This document shows positions 59,333-64,000 of a stretch of 64,000 nt of DNA, piece by piece. The stretch lies in contig CABZAV010000002.1 of NCBI GenBank assembly GCA_902523885.1, positions 4,923 to 68,922 on the forward strand, written 5' to 3'. The notes below the pieces were generated by a model. It had not been told where the DNA came from. It searched no databases and saw nothing but the letters and a program-made list of their open reading frames with translations. Position 1 is the stretch's first letter. Each line of letters opens with the position of its first letter. The stretch is from an uncultured SAR86 cluster bacterium. Lineage in GTDB: Bacteria > Pseudomonadota > Gammaproteobacteria > Magnimaribacterales > AG-339-G14. Position numbers and translations under genes: made by a program.

Positions 59333-59445
59333 AATAAAATTTAAAAACTCTCTTAAATTTATTTTAAATAATTTTTAATGTGCTGTGGTTTTTTTTTATT
59401 TTGCCTATAAAATGATTTTTGAAATATTTATTTTAGGAGAAAAAA

Positions 59446-60693
59446 ATGGATCTTGAATTCGGCTCAGAATATGATGAATTTACAAAAAATGTTCAAGACT
59501 TTTGTAAGAAATATAGTAATGCAATCATAACAAATGCCAATGATAAAAAATTTGAAATGCATGACGCCTTATCCGGCAATTCAAACGAAAAAACTGGAAA
59601 AGTTATAAATCGATCTGAGTGGCAAAGATTACTTATAGAAAAAGGTTACTTTGCAAGGTCTATCCCCAAAGAATATGGAGGATATGGTGGAGAGCCTGAC
59701 ATAATAAAAAGTCGGATTATCGCAAATGAATTTTCAAAAAATAAGGTGCCAAATGCAATGGGTGGTCAAGGTATAGATATGTTGGTGCCTACTCTTCTAG
59801 AATGGGGTACTGAAGAACAAAAACAAAAATATATTAAATCCACTCTTCATGGCGAAACAATTTGGTGCCAAGGTTATTCAGAACCAAATGCAGGAAGTGA
59901 CTTAGCAAATCTTCAAACAAAAGGAGAGTTGATTGATGGTAAATGGGTGATTAACGGTCAAAAAATATGGACTAGTACTGCTCAATTTTCTCAAATGATG
60001 TTTTGTTTGATTCGAACCGAACCAGATGCTTCCAAACATGCAGGCATAAGCTTCATTTTAATACCCATGGACACGCCTGGAATTGAAATAAGGCCTTTAG
60101 TCGATATGACTCTAAAAGCTGGATTCAATGAAGTTTTCTTTGATGACGTCACTGTTCCAGAGGAAAATCTTGTCGCGAAAAGAGGAGAAGGATGGTCTGT
60201 AGCCAATTCCGTTTTGGGTCATGAAAGAGGTTCTCTTGCAAATCCGAATGCAACAATGAATAGACTTAACACTCTTATTAACTTAATGAAAGAAGAGACA
60301 ATAGACGGTAGAAGACTAATTGATGTTCCCTCTTATAGAGATAGATTGCTTCAAGTTCAAGGAAAAGTAATGGCTGTTCAAGCCCACTCCCTACGTTTGC
60401 TATCTTCAAAAATTAATCCAAATCAAAATGTGAAGCTAGGCGGAATGATTCAAAAATTAGTTGGAACAGAACTTAGACATGAATTGGAAGGTTTAGCTAT
60501 AGATATTATGGGTGAATTAGGAACTCTTTATGAAGATGATCCCAATGTTAGAGACGGAGGATCATGGCAATTTACCTATATGTATTTCTTGGGATTGATA
60601 ATTGGTGGAGGTACAAATCAAATTCAGAAAAATATTATTTCTGAGAGAGGATTGGGCATGCCAAGAGAACCAAAAGTCACTGTAGAGGTTTAA
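59446..60693 (+). CDS. Acyl-CoA dehydrogenase family protein, larger (alpha-like) member of second pair
   Basis: 415 aa with CQGYSEPNAGSD, VLGHERGS (Glu at the IVD/LCAD-type position) and C-terminal IGGGTNQIQKN. SD AGGAG. Confidence 0.85.
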   Translation: MDLEFGSEYDEFTKNVQDFCKKYSNAIITNANDKKFEMHDALSGNSNEKTGKVINRSEWQRLLIEKGYFARSIPKEYGGYGGEPDIIKSRIIANEFSKNKVPNAMGGQGIDMLVPTLLEWGTEEQKQKYIKSTLHGETIWCQGYSEPNAGSDLANLQTKGELIDGKWVINGQKIWTSTAQFSQMMFCLIRTEPDASKHAGISFILIPMDTPGIEIRPLVDMTLKAGFNEVFFDDVTVPEENLVAKRGEGWSVANSVLGHERGSLANPNATMNRLNTLINLMKEETIDGRRLIDVPSYRDRLLQVQGKVMAVQAHSLRLLSSKINPNQNVKLGGMIQKLVGTELRHELEGLAIDIMGELGTLYEDDPNVRDGGSWQFTYMYFLGLIIGGGTNQIQKNIISERGLGMPREPKVTVEV

Positions 60694-60694
60694 C

Positions 60695-61792
60695 ATGTAC
60701 TTTGGTTTATCAGAGGAACAAGAGTTTTTTCAAGATAATGTTAAAAAATTTCTTGCAGATAATGCCTCTATCGATGAGATAAGAAAAATAGCAATTGGTG
60801 AAGGACAAGATCTTCAATCTGAAATTTTTCAAGGTATTATTAATTTAGGTATAAATGCCCTGCTTGTTCCAGAGAAATATGGAGGACTGGGTGTGGGTTT
60901 GCTTCATGCTGTTGCAATATCCCAAGCTCTGGGCAATGGAGTCGGTCCCATTCCTTTTTCAGCATCATACGTTATGGCTCCTTTGGCAATTAATTTGGGA
61001 GGTAGCGAGAAACAAAAAGAAGAGCTTCTTCCAAAGATTGTATCTAACGAAACGAGATTTGGTGTTGGTTTGAGTGAATTCGTTGGAGCTAGAGAAGATG
61101 CTGGATTAGAAATAAAAAATAACAAAGCTACAGGAAGAGCATTGTTTGTAATGGACGCAGAGAATTCAGACAAAATAATTTTGGCTACTAAAGCCGGAGT
61201 TTTATTTTTTATAGATTCAAAAGACAAAAATTTAATTGCTAACGGATTGACTACTGTAGATAAAACTAGAACATTTCAAGAATTAATTTTAGACAAGGTT
61301 GATTGTGAGATTCTAGAAGAATCTTCAAAGAATATTGAAGTAGTTAAAAAGGTTATCGATGCTGGCAGGATTATTTTAGCTGCCGATACTTTAGGTGCAT
61401 CGGAATCTATGATTGAGAAAGCTATCGCTTATTCGAAAGAGAGAAAACAATTCAATAGGACTATCGGATCATTTCAAGCGGTAAAACATATGTGTGCGGA
61501 GATGGCAGCTGATCTTGAACCTTGCTACTCTCTAGTTTGGCAAGCGGCTCATTCTTTTGATGTTGATTCTCCATTTGAATCAAGATTATTAGCTTGTCAG
61601 GCCAAATCTCATTTATCTGAAATTGGCAAATCTGTTTCAAAAAAAGCTACGGAAGTCCATGGTGGAATGGGTTTTACCGATTTACTCGGGCTACATTATT
61701 GGTTCAAAAGAATTGGCCTGAATAGACAAATCTTAGGAGCGCCAGAGATAGTTCGAGAAGAAGCTGCTGAAATTCAAGGCTTCAACCAATAA
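60695..61792 (+). CDS. Acyl-CoA dehydrogenase family protein, smaller (beta-like) member of second pair
   Basis: 365-aa ACAD fold. The start is 1 nt after the upstream stop. No Glu at either catalytic-base position. Confidence 0.8.
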   Translation: MYFGLSEEQEFFQDNVKKFLADNASIDEIRKIAIGEGQDLQSEIFQGIINLGINALLVPEKYGGLGVGLLHAVAISQALGNGVGPIPFSASYVMAPLAINLGGSEKQKEELLPKIVSNETRFGVGLSEFVGAREDAGLEIKNNKATGRALFVMDAENSDKIILATKAGVLFFIDSKDKNLIANGLTTVDKTRTFQELILDKVDCEILEESSKNIEVVKKVIDAGRIILAADTLGASESMIEKAIAYSKERKQFNRTIGSFQAVKHMCAEMAADLEPCYSLVWQAAHSFDVDSPFESRLLACQAKSHLSEIGKSVSKKATEVHGGMGFTDLLGLHYWFKRIGLNRQILGAPEIVREEAAEIQGFNQ

Positions 61793-61793
61793 T

Positions 61794-62792
61794 CTATAGA
61801 GAATAAAAATTTTCAGCTGATTTTAAGAAAAGATATTCCTTATCTTCTTCTGTGTGGTCTTTTGATATTTTTTTGAAAGCATTCCAAATAATATGGTAAG
61901 AAACTGATTGTTTATCGACTGGAAAATTACTTTCAAACATGCATCTTTCAGGCCCAAAGCTTTTAATAGAATAATCATAATAATTTTTTTGTGCTTCTAC
62001 TATTTGATCAGATGAAGGCGGCATTGATTGCTTATGAAAATTGTACCCATTGATTGGCATAGCTAGACCGCCCAATTTGGCATAAACATTTTTATTTTTA
62101 ACTAACTCATCTATATCTTTTTTCCATTGTTCAAAAATTTCATTTCGCATATCTTTGTAAGGACCAATTCCAATAGGGCCACTAAAATGATTTAAGACGA
62201 TTTTTAAATTTGGATGTTCTCTAGCTAAAAGAGATACTTGATTTATCTGATGATGATACTGCCAGGCTTCAAAAATAAGATTTTTATTTTCTAATTCATT
62301 TAGACCTTCTGAAAATTCATCAGAAAGATAAAGATTTTTTTGTGGATTATGATGAGAATTTCCAATCTCATCATGATGATCCCATCCGCCAGCATGCCTT
62401 ATTCCTTTAAAAAGTCCATGCCCTTCTTCCAGGTGCCTATCCAGGACATCGGATACGTTATTTGCATGCAGGTCCACATGTCCAACAATTCCTGAAATTT
62501 GAGCTTTATCAGGTTGGTTTTTTGCTTCCAATGCAATATCTCTGACAAAAATAGTTTCGCCAACCGGTTGAAAACTCTCATCGAGGTCAGATAAATATTC
62601 TTGTGAGCATTCTATAAAGACTGTTTTTTTAATATTGTGACCATCATCTGTATCTTTCCATAAGTCGTCCAACAAATAAGGAAGTTCTCCGGGCCAAAGA
62701 TGATGGTGAGGATCTATAATTGGTCTTTCAGGATCGAGAATATCTTCTTTAACCTGCTTTAGCCAAATTAAATGATCTTCAAGAGCGCTCAC
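61794..62792 (-). CDS. Amidohydrolase-2 family metal-dependent hydrolase
   Basis: IDPHHHLW N-terminal metal motif and TIM-barrel hydrolase pattern. Confidence 0.8.
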   Translation of the reverse strand: MSALEDHLIWLKQVKEDILDPERPIIDPHHHLWPGELPYLLDDLWKDTDDGHNIKKTVFIECSQEYLSDLDESFQPVGETIFVRDIALEAKNQPDKAQISGIVGHVDLHANNVSDVLDRHLEEGHGLFKGIRHAGGWDHHDEIGNSHHNPQKNLYLSDEFSEGLNELENKNLIFEAWQYHHQINQVSLLAREHPNLKIVLNHFSGPIGIGPYKDMRNEIFEQWKKDIDELVKNKNVYAKLGGLAMPINGYNFHKQSMPPSSDQIVEAQKNYYDYSIKSFGPERCMFESNFPVDKQSVSYHIIWNAFKKISKDHTEEDKEYLFLKSAENFYSL

Positions 62793-62793
62793 A

Positions 62794-64000
62794 TCAAGAC
62801 TTATATTTTAATCTTTTAGAATGCAAGATTGGTTCAGTATATCCGCTTGGTTGGTTTCTGCCCTCTAAAACTAATGCACAGGCTGCTTTAAAAGCATATC
62901 CAGAATAATCAGGTGACATATTTTCATATTTTGGATCACCTTTATTTTGATTATCAACTACTTGTGCCATCTTTTTCATCGTTTCAATTACTTGATCTTC
63001 ATTTATCAAACCATGATGCAACCAATTAGCAATGTGCTGACTAGATATTCTACAAGTTGCTCTATCTTCCATTAACCCGACATTGTTAATATCTGGAACT
63101 TTTGAACAACCTACGCCCTGATCAACCCAACGAACAACATATCCTAATATGCCTTGAGCATTGTTATCTAACTCAGCCTGAATTTCTTCTGCAGATAATT
63201 CTTCTGGATTTTTAAGTAAAGGGATTTCAAGAATATCTTCCAAACTCGCCTTTGACCTCTTTATCAAATCTTCTTGAACAGATGGTACATTCAATTGATG
63301 GTAATGCAGAGCATGCAAAGTTGCTGCAGTGGGAGATGGCACCCAAGCACAGTCTGCTCCAGCTTCCGGATGCATTGTTTTTGTTTCATACATATTCAAC
63401 ATTTCATCGGGCATGGGCCACATTCCCTTCCCTATTTGGGCTTTTCCTTTGAATCCAGTTTCTAATCCAGTATCAACGTTCCAATCTTCGTAGGCACTTA
63501 TCCATGGTTGTTGTTTCATTTCAGATTTTTTAATGAAAGGTCCAGCTTCCATGCTAGTATGAATTTCATCACCAGTTCTATCCAAAAAGCCAGTATTGAT
63601 AAATATCACTCTATCTTTTGCAACCTTAATGCATTCTTTCAAATTAACCGTCGTTCTTCTTTCTTCATCCATGATGCCTACTTTTACTGTTAAAGGATCT
63701 AAGCCTACAGCTTTTTCCACTGCTGCAAATAAATCACAAGTGAATTTAACCTCTTCGGGGCCATGCATCTTAGGTTTTACTATGTAAATACTTTTAGCTC
63801 TGCTATTTGAGAATTCGCCTGAAGAAAGAAGATCATGTTTTGCAATTGTAATAGTGAACATTGCATCCATAATGCCTTCGAAAACTTCTTGATTGTCGCC
63901 GTCTAAAATCCCTGGATTTGTCATTAAATGTCCAACATTCCTGACTAGCATTGTGCTTCTGCCTGGAAGAGAAAAGCTTTTTCCACTTGAATCGAGATAC
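62794..64000 (-). CDS. glcB: Malate synthase G, C-terminal ~400 aa (N-terminus beyond the right edge)
   Basis: The frame stays open upstream of the track Met (..[17 protein letters not shown], matching MSG). C-terminal domain is conserved. Confidence 0.9.
   Translation of the reverse strand, partial: YLDSSGKSFSLPGRSTMLVRNVGHLMTNPGILDGDNQEVFEGIMDAMFTITIAKHDLLSSGEFSNSRAKSIYIVKPKMHGPEEVKFTCDLFAAVEKAVGLDPLTVKVGIMDEERRTTVNLKECIKVAKDRVIFINTGFLDRTGDEIHTSMEAGPFIKKSEMKQQPWISAYEDWNVDTGLETGFKGKAQIGKGMWPMPDEMLNMYETKTMHPEAGADCAWVPSPTAATLHALHYHQLNVPSVQEDLIKRSKASLEDILEIPLLKNPEELSAEEIQAELDNNAQGILGYVVRWVDQGVGCSKVPDINNVGLMEDRATCRISSQHIANWLHHGLINEDQVIETMKKMAQVVDNQNKGDPKYENMSPDYSGYAFKAACALVLEGRNQPSGYTEPILHSKRLKYKS

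Noticed and set aside
63949-63951. ATG at 63951 as the malate synthase start.
   Set aside because: The frame remains open to the window edge. The upstream residues (LPGRST) continue the malate synthase G alignment, so this Met is internal.

Overview
This is an AT-rich (roughly one-third G+C by eye), very tightly packed chromosomal segment. Gene order is gammaproteobacterial and Pseudomonas-like: apbE<-nqrFEDCBA<-long gap next to mfd; lolC/lolD-exbBD-(msbA)lpxK-kdsB-murB; etfBA divergent from ETF-QO; ftsK-lolA-serS. A tRNA-Gly is almost identical to E. coli glyT. I infer a streamlined marine lineage, but the window holds no marker that proves it. I call about 70 CDS, 2 tRNAs, a few intrinsic terminators and one candidate structured RNA. 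I see no rRNA, CRISPR array, IS element, integrase, prophage or recognisable defence or toxin system. Content is housekeeping (Na+-NQR, Mfd, ExoI, NfuA, LPS/Lol envelope genes, TrpRS, SerRS, FtsK, TrxB, DHOase, malate synthase G) plus a heavy load of acyl-CoA and lipid catabolism: two paired acyl-CoA dehydrogenase loci, ETF and ETF-QO, enoyl-CoA hydratase, ALDH, SDR, AcuI-like reductase and several hydrolases. The items most worth a second look are these. (1) A ~185-nt GC-rich RNA candidate with its own promoter and terminator that abuts the trpS start codon and matches no RNA family I know. (2) An in-frame MsbA-LpxK fusion. (3) An animal-type catechol O-methyltransferase homologue. (4) Two ACAD gene pairs whose sequence logic suggests alpha2beta2 enzymes. 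(5) Tandem small membrane-protein paralogues. All family calls rest on motif and synteny recognition from memory. No database search or folding program was run. Most short opposite-strand ORFs in the supplied track are shadow ORFs.
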